From Chitinophagaceae bacterium (GTDB taxonomy: Bacteria; Bacteroidota; Bacteroidia; Chitinophagales; UBA10324): 64,000 nt of DNA. The notes below the pieces were generated by a model, which was given only the letters and a program-made list of their open reading frames with translations, searched no databases and was not told the origin of the DNA. Shown in pieces: positions 35,747 to 44,614 of the stretch. How positions within the stretch are numbered: the first letter of the stretch is position 1; the number at the start of each line of letters is the position of its first letter. The translations under genes and the position numbers were made by a program. Location: NCBI GenBank assembly GCA_947474435.1, contig CANJII010000018.1, forward strand, positions 2,165-66,164. Direction: 5' to 3'.

Positions 35747-38700
35747 CTATCTGATCAGCGTTACATCGCCCTTCAAAATATATTTCTCACCGCTGTACAT
35801 TTCTATTTCGGCTACATACACATACACATCAGTGGATGATTTCAATCCGTGAAAACTTCCATCCCAACCAACTGAGTAATCATTAGTTTGAAAAACCAAT
35901 TCACCCCATCGATCATAAACGCGGAAGTCAAGTTTTGCTATTGCAATTCCATAAATCCTGAACAGGTCATTATTGCCATCGTTGTTTGGAGTAAAAGCAG
36001 ATGGAATCCAGGGCTTTGGTTCGCCAAGAATAATGATGACCGGACTTTGTGCCGTATCACTGCAACCATTCGAAGCAAATGCAGTAAGTACCACATAATA
36101 TTCTCCTGGTTCACCAAAACTATGAGAGGTGTTGAATGAGGTGTCAGAAAAAGTATCGCCAAAATTCCAGTTGTAAAAATTTGCTCCTGCAGATGTGTTA
36201 TTGAAATTGAAAAGATTATCAGTGTATGGAAAATTGCCAGGAGCAGGTGGATCCATATTGAAATAGGCAATGGGTGTAGCATTCACAATTACAGCAGCAG
36301 TTTGTGAAACAGTATCGGTGCAGCCACTCATATTGTATGCAATCATGGTTACATCATAAGTACCTGCCGGAAATGAATGTGTGGTTGAGTTGGCATAACC
36401 AATTGACCCATCACCAAAATTCCATTGCGCATTTACACTGTTTGAACCTGTGTTTTGAAATTGAACCGTCAATGGTTCGCATCCGCTTCCGGGTATAACG
36501 CTGAACGAAGCAACCGGTAATGGATCAAGTGTAAGAGTTGAATAAGCGATAGCCGAACATCCGTTTGCGTCAGTGCCGGTTACAGAATATCCGATTGTGT
36601 TTGTTGGTGTTGAAGTTACAATTGCTCCGTTAACTGCATCTAAATCAGTGGCCGGTGACCATGAATAATTAATTGCTCCTGCTGCTGTTAATACCACACT
36701 TGCACCCGGACAAAACAAAGCGGCGGTTGGAGTAACTGATACAAGCGGAAGTGCATTCACAAATATATCGGTATAAGCGGAGCCGGTGCAGCCATTTGCA
36801 TCGGTACCTAACACAAAATATGTAGTAGATATTACAGGTGAAGCAATCGGATTTGAAATGTTATTACTGTTTAATGAAGCTGCCGGATTCCATACATAAT
36901 TAATTGCGCCGCTTGCTGTTAGCTGAACATTTTCGCCAACACAAATTGTTGCCACAAGAGGATTAATATTTATTACAGGCAATGCATTAACAGAAATTAT
37001 GGTTGATGAAATTGCAGTGCATCCGTTGGCGCCTGTTCCGGTAACCGAATAAGTTGTTGTTGTGCTTGGTGATGCGGTTACACTTCCACTGGTAGAATTA
37101 TTCAAACCGGTTGCAGGAGACCATACATAAGTTGATGCTCCACTTGCTGTAACATTCACTGAACCACCGCCACAAATTGTGGGATTAGCAGGAAGAATAT
37201 TTATTACCGGAAGAGAAAGAACACTGATTACTACTGTTGTTTGATCAGAACAACCAACACCTGATGTTCCAATAACTGTATAGGTTGTTGTAAGTATTGG
37301 AGAAGCCGTGACTGATACATTGGTTGTATTATTCAAACCTGTTGCCGGCGACCATGAATAGGTATTACCACCATTAGCAGTTAACGCCACATTATCGCCT
37401 GAGCAAATTGATGCAGCATTTGGATTTACAGTTATTACCGGAATCGGATTGACTGTTACAACAACAGAATTAGTATTTGTGCAACCATTAATATCTGTTG
37501 CAAGTACTGAATAAGTTGATGTGATAGTGGGTGTAGCTGTAACTGTTGAACTGTTTGTTGCGCTCAACCCGTTTGAAGGCGACCACGAATAAGTATTGGC
37601 ACCACTTGCATCTATTAATACATTTCCACCAAAACACAACGATGGAGCAGCAGGGTTAAAAACAATAATTGGTTGCGGATTTACAGTTATAATAGTTGTA
37701 TCAAACCCATCGCAACCTGCTGCATTTGTTCCTGTTAAAACATAAGTCGTGGTGATTGTTGGTGATGCAATTACTGAACTTCCTGTAGATACATTTAAGC
37801 CATTTGAAGGTGACCACGAATAAGTATTTGCACCCGATGCCGTAAGAGTAACATTATCTCCTGCACAAATTGTTGCTGCGGCAGGCAAACTAATTACGGT
37901 AGTTAATGCACCAACTGTAATTACAGCAGTTGCGGTTCCATTACATCCATTGGTAGTTCCGGTAATTGTATAAGTTGTGCTTACTTGAGGTAATGCAGTT
38001 ACCGCTGTTCCTGTTGACGCCGATAAACTTGTTGATGGTGACCAACTATATGTAGTTGCTCCGCCGGCAGTGAGTGCTACTGTTTGTCCGGCGCATATTA
38101 ATGATGGGTTCGGATTAACGGTTACAGTTGGTCCAGGCGCAACAATTACCTGTTGAACAATGGTATCAGAACATGTTCCATTGCTTGTAATTAATTGAAC
38201 ATTGTAAGTTCCTGCAGCAGCATATAAATGAGAAGGATTTTGTAATGCAGAAGTTCCGCCGTCATCAAAATTCCAGCTGTAAGTAACACCTGTTCCGGTA
38301 GAAGATGAATTTGTAAATTGAACAGCTTGACCAAGGCAGGCATTGGTAAAAGTGTAGTTAGCAATAATTCCTATTTGAGCTGTACCACCAAATGACATCG
38401 TAAATCCGCTTGTTGAACCTGTTGACCATCTGTTAACCAATATCGCATAAGTCTGTCCTGCAACAAGATTGACTGTTGGCTGACACGATGGCAAACCACA
38501 TCCGATTCCGGTTACGCCACTTCCTGATGGAACAGAATAATTACATGAAATCATATTTCCCAAATTACACATTCCTGAAGCGGAACCGGTAATATTGTAC
38601 ATGGCGAAATCGAAATCAGCATATGGATTAGGTAAACAACTGAAAGTAAAAGTTCCGCTTTGAGTGCATGTAAAAGTGTACCAGTGAGAAGCATTATCAG

Positions 38701-38893
38701 CATGTCCGAACCAACAACCGGGAGATTCGGCAATACTTCCTTGGCTATATCCACCTCCGGCAACTGAAAAAGTATTTTCATTACATAAAAATAATGCAGT
38801 GGGGCAATCACTGTTTTGAGAAAACACAAGTAACCCGTTGCTCAAAAACAGGAATAAAATGAAAATAAATTTTCTTAGGGTTGTAGAAATCAT
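35747..38893 (-). CDS. Giant surface protein (1048 aa) with a type-B T9SS sorting domain; tandem paralog of the 1620-aa gene
   Basis: Signal peptide LLVFS|QNSDC. Cys-rich N-domain (CPTALFLC...DFDFAMY...), a PKD unit, and seven Y[SV]W[SN]P units. The C-terminal ~330 aa are collinear with the 1620-aa protein (KPWIPSAFTPNNDGNNDLFRIYG...KYILKGDVTLIR). Confidence 0.85.
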   Translation of the reverse strand: MISTTLRKFIFILFLFLSNGLLVFSQNSDCPTALFLCNENTFSVAGGGYSQGSIAESPGCWFGHADNASHWYTFTCTQSGTFTFSCLPNPYADFDFAMYNITGSASGMCNLGNMISCNYSVPSGSGVTGIGCGLPSCQPTVNLVAGQTYAILVNRWSTGSTSGFTMSFGGTAQIGIIANYTFTNACLGQAVQFTNSSSTGTGVTYSWNFDDGGTSALQNPSHLYAAAGTYNVQLITSNGTCSDTIVQQVIVAPGPTVTVNPNPSLICAGQTVALTAGGATTYSWSPSTSLSASTGTAVTALPQVSTTYTITGTTNGCNGTATAVITVGALTTVISLPAAATICAGDNVTLTASGANTYSWSPSNGLNVSTGSSVIASPTITTTYVLTGTNAAGCDGFDTTIITVNPQPIIVFNPAAPSLCFGGNVLIDASGANTYSWSPSNGLSATNSSTVTATPTITSTYSVLATDINGCTNTNSVVVTVNPIPVITVNPNAASICSGDNVALTANGGNTYSWSPATGLNNTTNVSVTASPILTTTYTVIGTSGVGCSDQTTVVISVLSLPVINILPANPTICGGGSVNVTASGASTYVWSPATGLNNSTSGSVTASPSTTTTYSVTGTGANGCTAISSTIISVNALPVININPLVATICVGENVQLTASGAINYVWNPAASLNSNNISNPIASPVISTTYFVLGTDANGCTGSAYTDIFVNALPLVSVTPTAALFCPGASVVLTAAGAINYSWSPATDLDAVNGAIVTSTPTNTIGYSVTGTDANGCSAIAYSTLTLDPLPVASFSVIPGSGCEPLTVQFQNTGSNSVNAQWNFGDGSIGYANSTTHSFPAGTYDVTMIAYNMSGCTDTVSQTAAVIVNATPIAYFNMDPPAPGNFPYTDNLFNFNNTSAGANFYNWNFGDTFSDTSFNTSHSFGEPGEYYVVLTAFASNGCSDTAQSPVIIILGEPKPWIPSAFTPNNDGNNDLFRIYGIAIAKLDFRVYDRWGELVFQTNDYSVGWDGSFHGLKSSTDVYVYVAEIEMYSGEKYILKGDVTLIR

Positions 38894-38955
38894 TTCAAGG
38901 CGGAAAAATAATATTCCTTAACACAAAACCGAAATTCAATCCGTAGAAATCATAC

Positions 38956-40065
38956 TCATTCACCTTCTGATGAAACAGTGCATACAATCGGGTAGTGATC
39001 AGATAAGTCTTCACCTATCACTTTAAAGTTTCTAATGTTCCATTGCTGGTCAATTAAAAAATAATCGATTCTGAAAATCGGAAGCCAGTAGTCATAAGTA
39101 AAACCTATTCCCCAACTCTTTTCTAAAAAAGCATCTTTTAATGTCCCTCTTAAAGTGTTGTAAGAAAAAGAAGAAGGCGTATCATTAAAATCACCACAGA
39201 TAAAAACCGGATAAGGTGATGAATGCATGTGATCAGCAATGACCTGAACCTGTGCGCCCCTTGTTACATAAGTTTTTTTCATTTTACTGAAAATAGATTT
39301 CCCTGCCTTAATATTTATTGCACTGTCGTTTTCAAAACCGATGGTTTCATAATCTTTATAATTCAAATGAAAACTTTGCAGGTGAACATTGTAAACCCTG
39401 ACTATTCCTGCTGGAGTTTTTACATCAGCATAAATACAGGCATTAATGTTTACCCCCCTGTTTCCGACAAAACCTTTCGATACGATGGGGTACCGACTGT
39501 AGGTACACAATCCCCAGTGCTCGTACTTGCCGACAGTATTTGAAATGCTGAAATAATGTTCAGGCAGTTTTAGCAGTTTTGAAATATCCTTTTCATTCGT
39601 CCAGCCTTTGTCCTTATCACTGGTGTAAAATTCCTGAAAACATAAAATATCAGGTTGTTCATCAACCATCATTTTATAAATATTGCTTTTTGTATCGTTG
39701 TTGTGTTCCCAGTTGTATAAATCAAAATTGCGGACATTGTAACTCATCAATTTAATCCCGGTTGAATCAGAAGTTTTTTCCTTTTGTTTTGAAAAATGAA
39801 ATCCAAATACATGAAAAAAAACAGGAGTTGAAATCAGAATAGCGATAAATGGTATAAAAGAATACCGGATGCGTACCACAATCCAGAAAATCAGCAGAAT
39901 AATATTTAAAACTAAAATCGGAATAAAAGCTAATCCGAAAAAAGCGATTACCCATGCTTTGCCCGGAGGAAAATAACTTGCACTTACACTAACAATCAGA
40001 CACAGTGCAATCAACCCCGACACAATTACCATTGACCTTCGTAAAAATGTGAGCAGCTTTTTCAA
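38956..40065 (-). CDS. Membrane-anchored endonuclease/exonuclease/phosphatase (EEP) family protein
   Basis: 369 aa. The N-terminal ~95 aa are hydrophobic. Then LMSYNVRNF, PDILCFQE, VYNVHLQS, FICGDFNDTP and SDHYPIV are EEP catalytic motifs. Confidence 0.85.
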   Translation of the reverse strand: MKKLLTFLRRSMVIVSGLIALCLIVSVSASYFPPGKAWVIAFFGLAFIPILVLNIILLIFWIVVRIRYSFIPFIAILISTPVFFHVFGFHFSKQKEKTSDSTGIKLMSYNVRNFDLYNWEHNNDTKSNIYKMMVDEQPDILCFQEFYTSDKDKGWTNEKDISKLLKLPEHYFSISNTVGKYEHWGLCTYSRYPIVSKGFVGNRGVNINACIYADVKTPAGIVRVYNVHLQSFHLNYKDYETIGFENDSAINIKAGKSIFSKMKKTYVTRGAQVQVIADHMHSSPYPVFICGDFNDTPSSFSYNTLRGTLKDAFLEKSWGIGFTYDYWLPIFRIDYFLIDQQWNIRNFKVIGEDLSDHYPIVCTVSSEGE

Positions 40066-40067
40066 TC

Positions 40068-40961
40068 TCAGTTCTTACTTTCTTTAAATAATATTTCTTT
40101 CTCTTCGGCACTTAAACTTTCGTAACCCGACTTACTTATTTTATCAAGAATGGAATCAATCTTTTTTTGTTTATCAATGTCTTTTTTCCGTTCTGAATGT
40201 TTCACATCGGTTTTTGTGTAAGTCACTTTCATTTTTTTTCTTCCTGAAAAAACAGAAACAATTGCATCAGCCGCATTATTAAACCAAAGCGACAAATCAT
40301 TTCCGTTTCGGTAAGAAGCAATATAAATGTAACCGAACAATGCACCACCTAAATGTGCAATGTGGCCACCTGCATTTCCATCGAAGTTGATGCTGATAAT
40401 ATCGATGCCGACAAAAATAGCAGCCAACCATTTCATCCGTATGGGCCATATAAAAATCATGATTGAATAATCAGGTAATAAAACTGCCGTGGCAAGTATG
40501 ATTGCCATGATACCGGCTGATGCACCAATACACGAACTCTGATCAACCACATTATTGAAGTATGGAAAAATATTGTAAAACAAAATATAAAGCGCGCCGC
40601 CAAACCAGCTTCCCATCATGTACACAGGCAGAATTTTTTTATTCCCTAAAAACTCTGAAAGAATACTTCCGAGCCAGTACAACCAAAGCATATTGAATAC
40701 AATGTGGAATAATTCAAAGTGCGTGAATGCATATGTGATAAATGTCCACGGACGATAAATAAGTTTTGAAAGACTTGCCGGCAGTGCGAGATACGAAATC
40801 ACATTATTCATGTGCGGATAATTTCCACTCAAATCGCCGAAGAGCGAAATCAACCGCAACACCAAAAACACAATGATGTTCACGACAATTAACCGACTCA
40901 CCATTTTTCCCGTTGGAGAAAAAGTGTTTTTGATTTCGCGGATTAAAAAATTTTCTGCCAT
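40068..40961 (-). CDS. Rhomboid family intramembrane serine protease
   Basis: HIVFNMLWLYWLG, the GASAGI catalytic-Ser motif and HLGGALFGY catalytic His. Its start overlaps the upstream stop (ATGA at 40959-40963). Confidence 0.88.
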   Translation of the reverse strand: MAENFLIREIKNTFSPTGKMVSRLIVVNIIVFLVLRLISLFGDLSGNYPHMNNVISYLALPASLSKLIYRPWTFITYAFTHFELFHIVFNMLWLYWLGSILSEFLGNKKILPVYMMGSWFGGALYILFYNIFPYFNNVVDQSSCIGASAGIMAIILATAVLLPDYSIMIFIWPIRMKWLAAIFVGIDIISINFDGNAGGHIAHLGGALFGYIYIASYRNGNDLSLWFNNAADAIVSVFSGRKKMKVTYTKTDVKHSERKKDIDKQKKIDSILDKISKSGYESLSAEEKEILFKESKN

Positions 40962-41797
40962 CAGAAAAAATCCTTTCTGGTTTTGTTCCAGTACTTAATC
41001 ATGATGAAACCAAACAACATTCCTCCGAGGTGAGCAAAATGAGCAACTCCTGCTTGTGTACCACTTACTCCGGCATACAATTCAAATGCTCCATAAAATA
41101 TCACAAAGTACTTTGCTTTAATTGGAATGGGTGGAAACATTAAATACAAATAAGTATTTGGAAACAACATGCCGAAAGCAAGCAATACTCCGAACACAGC
41201 ACCCGATGCACCAACCACCGGAATGTTTGCTTCCATTGAGGTAAGTTTCTGTGCTAAAATTTTCGCTTGCAAAATCATGGAAGAGTCGCTTGGATTATTC
41301 GACCATGCACCCAATAAATTATTTGCCTCGTTGATGTAATCGGCATCGTACAATAAATTGCGGTGACTCTCCAATAAAATTTTGAAATTATCAATTGTTA
41401 CAGATGAAAAAAACAAATTGATTTCGTTTTGAATCTGGTAAATGTTGTAAGCGCTGAATGCCATGTGTGTGAGCGCACCACCAATTCCGCATATCAGATA
41501 AAAAATTAAAAATCGTTTTGGTCCCCATACATTCTCTAACACAGAACCGAACATCCACAATGCAAACATGTTGCTGAATATGTGCATGATACTGCCGTGC
41601 ATGAACATGTGCGAAATGAATTCATGCGGTTTAAAATATTCTGAAGTGAAAAAAAATAATCCGAGGTACTGCGATAAATCAATGTTGTAAGTATTCTGCA
41701 ACACCACTGTTGCCAGATACATCAACCCATTTATAATGAGCAGATTTTTTACAATCATCGGAAACCGGTCGAAAGAAGTAGGTCTTAAATCACTCAT
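40961..41797 (-). CDS. Rhomboid family intramembrane serine protease
   Basis: HIFSNMFALWMFG, GASGAVFG and AHLGGMLFG. Confidence 0.88.
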   Translation of the reverse strand: MSDLRPTSFDRFPMIVKNLLIINGLMYLATVVLQNTYNIDLSQYLGLFFFTSEYFKPHEFISHMFMHGSIMHIFSNMFALWMFGSVLENVWGPKRFLIFYLICGIGGALTHMAFSAYNIYQIQNEINLFFSSVTIDNFKILLESHRNLLYDADYINEANNLLGAWSNNPSDSSMILQAKILAQKLTSMEANIPVVGASGAVFGVLLAFGMLFPNTYLYLMFPPIPIKAKYFVIFYGAFELYAGVSGTQAGVAHFAHLGGMLFGFIMIKYWNKTRKDFF

Positions 41798-41833
41798 GAA
41801 ATTTTTTTAAGAATAATTTTTTGCGAAATATAA

Positions 41834-43708
41834 TTAAGCAAGCTTCTCAAATTGTTTTTCAATATCACGCAGATGGAAAGTAACGAAAGTTGGTTTGCCT
41901 TCCGCAGTGTGCGAAGGAGTTTCGCAACCGAATAATTCATCCAACAGATTTTTCATTTCGCGCTCAGTCAATCGTGTTCCGTTTTTTATTGCTGCTTGTT
42001 TTGCCAATTGCAATGCAACTTCTTCGCGCTTATCGAGCTTCGGCGATTGCATGCTTTGCTTGTAACCTTCAATGAGTTCTTCCAGTAATTTCGATGGGTC
42101 TTTATCTTTTATATCTGATGGTGTTCCGTGAATCACTAAATCAGTATTACCAAATTCCTGCACATCAAAACCAAGTGCGCGTATCTCCGGAATAATCTCC
42201 TTTGCAATTTCAAAATCAGGAATGCTCAAGTGCAATGTTTGTGGAAACAATTGTTGCTGCGCGGCAGGAGTATTGGAATTCAACTGGTGTAAATATTTTT
42301 CATACAACACACGCTCGTGCGCCGAATGCTGGTCAACTAAAATAAATCCGGACTTAATTGCAGAGAGAATGTACTTGTCCTGCAAGTGAACCAACACCTG
42401 CGTTTTTTCTTCGTATGTGGTTAGTAACGGTTGGTCTTCAGGAGTGGTTTCCCATCTGCTTGGAATGGTAAATGTTCCGGTTGAAAATTCCTGTTCCGTT
42501 TCGGGAATGATGGCTATATCTTCTCCCTTGCGCGAATCGGAATACAAATCTTTCCAGTTGTTTTGATTCGATAATGTTCGTGCATCAATTTGTTTGTAAG
42601 GCGAATAATCAGGATTCAGTTTCGGATTTGGCTCATCAATCATTTCTTTATTCGGTCGTGAGAAACTGGTGTTCTGATTGAATCGATTTTCATCATTAAA
42701 ATCAAGCGATGGCGAAACAGAATATTTTCCGAGTGCGCGTTTCACGGCTGATAAAATGAAAGTGTAAATGATTCGCTCATCTTCAAATTTTATTTCCTGC
42801 TTGGTCGGGTGAACATTTATATCAATGCGCGCCGGGTCTATTTCCAAAAACAAAACATAAAACGCAAACGACTCGCGTGGCAGCAATTCATAAAACGCAC
42901 TGGTCACTGCATGATTCAGGTAACTGCTTTTGATGAAGCGATTGTTCACGAAAAAAAATTGTTCGCCGCGAGTCTTCTTGGCTGCTTCAGGTTTACCAAT
43001 GAAGCCAATAATATTTGTAACAGTGGTTTGCTCTTCCACCGGCACTAATCGCTCGTTGTAATTATGCCCGAACAAACCCACAATGCGCTGACGAAGATTG
43101 CCAGCATTCAGGTGATACACTTCCACTCCGTTGTGATGCAACTGAAAATTAATTTCGGGGTGCGCGAGTGCAATGCGCGTGAATTCGTCAATGATGTGTT
43201 TTGTTTCAACCGGATTGCTTTTTAAAAAATTGCGTCGCGCCGGCACATTGTAAAACAGATTTTTCACCGAGAGCGAAGCGCCTTCCGCGCAACTCACTGT
43301 TTCCTGTTTCAATACTTCGCTGCCTTCAATCAGCAATTCGGTTCCCACTGCTTCGCCGCGCAATCTTGTTTTCAGTTCCACTTGTGCAATGGCGGCAATA
43401 CTCGCCAGTGCTTCGCCGCGAAAACCCATGGTGCGGATTTGAAACAGGTCGTCAATATTTTTTATTTTAGAAGTAGCGTGGCGCTCAAAACTCATGCGCG
43501 CATCGGTGTCGCTCATTCCTTTTCCGTTGTCAATTACCTGAATCAGACTTTTGCCCGCATCGCGAATGATGAGTTTTATTTCGGTGGCATCGGCATCAAT
43601 ACTGTTCTCCATCATTTCCTTCACGGCGCTTGCGGGGCGCTGTATCACCTCACCGGCGGCAATCTGGTTGGCAATGGAATCGGGTAAAAGCGAAATGATA
43701 TCTGACAT
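41834..43708 (-). CDS. mutL: DNA mismatch repair protein MutL
   Basis: MSDIISLLPDSIANQIAAGEVIQRPASAVKEMMENSIDA, GFRGEALASI and the C-terminal dimerisation region. Start taken as the ATG at 43708 because the track start is a TTG 11 codons upstream. Confidence 0.95.
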   Translation of the reverse strand: MSDIISLLPDSIANQIAAGEVIQRPASAVKEMMENSIDADATEIKLIIRDAGKSLIQVIDNGKGMSDTDARMSFERHATSKIKNIDDLFQIRTMGFRGEALASIAAIAQVELKTRLRGEAVGTELLIEGSEVLKQETVSCAEGASLSVKNLFYNVPARRNFLKSNPVETKHIIDEFTRIALAHPEINFQLHHNGVEVYHLNAGNLRQRIVGLFGHNYNERLVPVEEQTTVTNIIGFIGKPEAAKKTRGEQFFFVNNRFIKSSYLNHAVTSAFYELLPRESFAFYVLFLEIDPARIDINVHPTKQEIKFEDERIIYTFILSAVKRALGKYSVSPSLDFNDENRFNQNTSFSRPNKEMIDEPNPKLNPDYSPYKQIDARTLSNQNNWKDLYSDSRKGEDIAIIPETEQEFSTGTFTIPSRWETTPEDQPLLTTYEEKTQVLVHLQDKYILSAIKSGFILVDQHSAHERVLYEKYLHQLNSNTPAAQQQLFPQTLHLSIPDFEIAKEIIPEIRALGFDVQEFGNTDLVIHGTPSDIKDKDPSKLLEELIEGYKQSMQSPKLDKREEVALQLAKQAAIKNGTRLTEREMKNLLDELFGCETPSHTAEGKPTFVTFHLRDIEKQFEKLA

Positions 43709-43753
43709 AAAAAATTTAAAAACTGTTTCGGTGTTTCTCAAAAACAGTGTGCG

Positions 43754-43830
43754 AATTTAGTTGATACTATTTGCTGCGCTGAACGAAAATGAAAGGGCAC
43801 GGGGTTTTGAACAATGGGTTCACAATTGAA
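43754..43830. repeat. 77-nt direct repeat, left copy, flanking the toxin-antitoxin (TA) cassette
   Basis: It is identical at 71 of 77 positions to 44517-44593. It starts aatttagttgatactatttgctgcgct and ends ttcacaattgaa. Confidence 0.9.
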
Positions 43831-43887
43831 ATTTTTGTTCATCATTCTCTTTATGAATACTTTTGTAATGAAAAAGATAAAATAAAT

Positions 43888-44118
43888 ATGCGAACACTGA
43901 ATGTTTCTATCTCCGATGTTGAGTTCAACAAATTTGGATTGAAGAAAGACAAACTTTCTTTTTCTGATTTTGTAGAATTAGTGAGTAAGGAATTAACTAA
44001 GCAAGCCCTTGATAAAGGCATTGCACTTTCTGAAAAATATGGTCTCTCAAAAATGAGTATGGAAGAAATATCAAAGGAAGTAAATGCAGTGAGAAAGAAT
44101 GCAAAGAGTCGTTCTTGA
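43888..44118 (+). CDS. Putative antitoxin (76 aa) of a PIN-type TA pair
   Basis: Small acidic/basic helical ORF starting at the ATG at 43888. It overlaps the PIN gene by 20 nt. The family is not recognised, so the call rests on position. Confidence 0.55.
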   Translation: MRTLNVSISDVEFNKFGLKKDKLSFSDFVELVSKELTKQALDKGIALSEKYGLSKMSMEEISKEVNAVRKNAKSRS

Positions 44119-44518
44119 TACCAATGTATTGGTTTCATCGCTTATTCAGCGAAGCCATCCTTACCGGATTGTAAATGATTTTTTATTAGAGCAAAAAATT
44201 GAGTTGTGTGTTTCTGACGAAGTGCTTGCTGAATATTATGAGGTGTTGAACAGAAAAAAATTTGCACAGTATGCCGACTTTTTAAAAAATGCTGAAACAC
44301 TGCTTGCCGATATTGAACTGAACGCAAATAAATTTCGGCCAAAAAGAAAACTCAGAATTATAAGCGACCACAGCGACAATAAATTTCTTGAATTAGCTGA
44401 AATTTGTAAAGCGCATTTTCTGATTACAGGAAACACCAATGATTTTACCATGCAGGTTTACAAGCGAACAAAAATTGTAACCCCCAAAATTTATCTGGAA
44501 AAATATTGCCCTGAATAA
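44099..44518 (+). CDS. PIN-domain toxin (TIGR00305/PIN_3-like)
   Basis: 139 aa. VVLDTNVLVSSL, VSDEVLAEYYEVL, DNKFLELA and ITGNTNDF place the acidic residues as in a PIN domain. Confidence 0.85.
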   Translation: MQRVVLDTNVLVSSLIQRSHPYRIVNDFLLEQKIELCVSDEVLAEYYEVLNRKKFAQYADFLKNAETLLADIELNANKFRPKRKLRIISDHSDNKFLELAEICKAHFLITGNTNDFTMQVYKRTKIVTPKIYLEKYCPE

Positions 44519-44593
44519 TTTAGTTGATACTATTTGCTGCGCTCAACGAAAATGAAAGAGCGTGGGGTTTTGAACAATGCATTCACAATTGAA
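44517..44593. repeat. 77-nt direct repeat, right copy, flanking the TA cassette
   Basis: See 43754-43830. The two copies are spaced 763 nt apart. Confidence 0.9.
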
Positions 44594-44614
44594 GCAGAGG
44601 TTTAATTTAGTGGC

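Noticed and set aside
32176-36498. Internal ORFs of 60-155 aa within the type-B giant genes (for example 33123-33590, 34331-34591 and 35938-36282)
   Set aside because: They are embedded in or antisense to long repeat-coding ORFs. Their translations are Cys/His/Asn-rich nonsense typical of off-frame reading of Thr/Gly/Ser-rich genes.
43789-43887. Longer form of the antitoxin ORF starting at 43789
   Set aside because: The first 33 codons lie within the 77-nt direct repeat and AT-rich spacer. The equivalent repeat copy at 44517 is non-coding. The ATG at 43888 gives a compact 76-aa protein.
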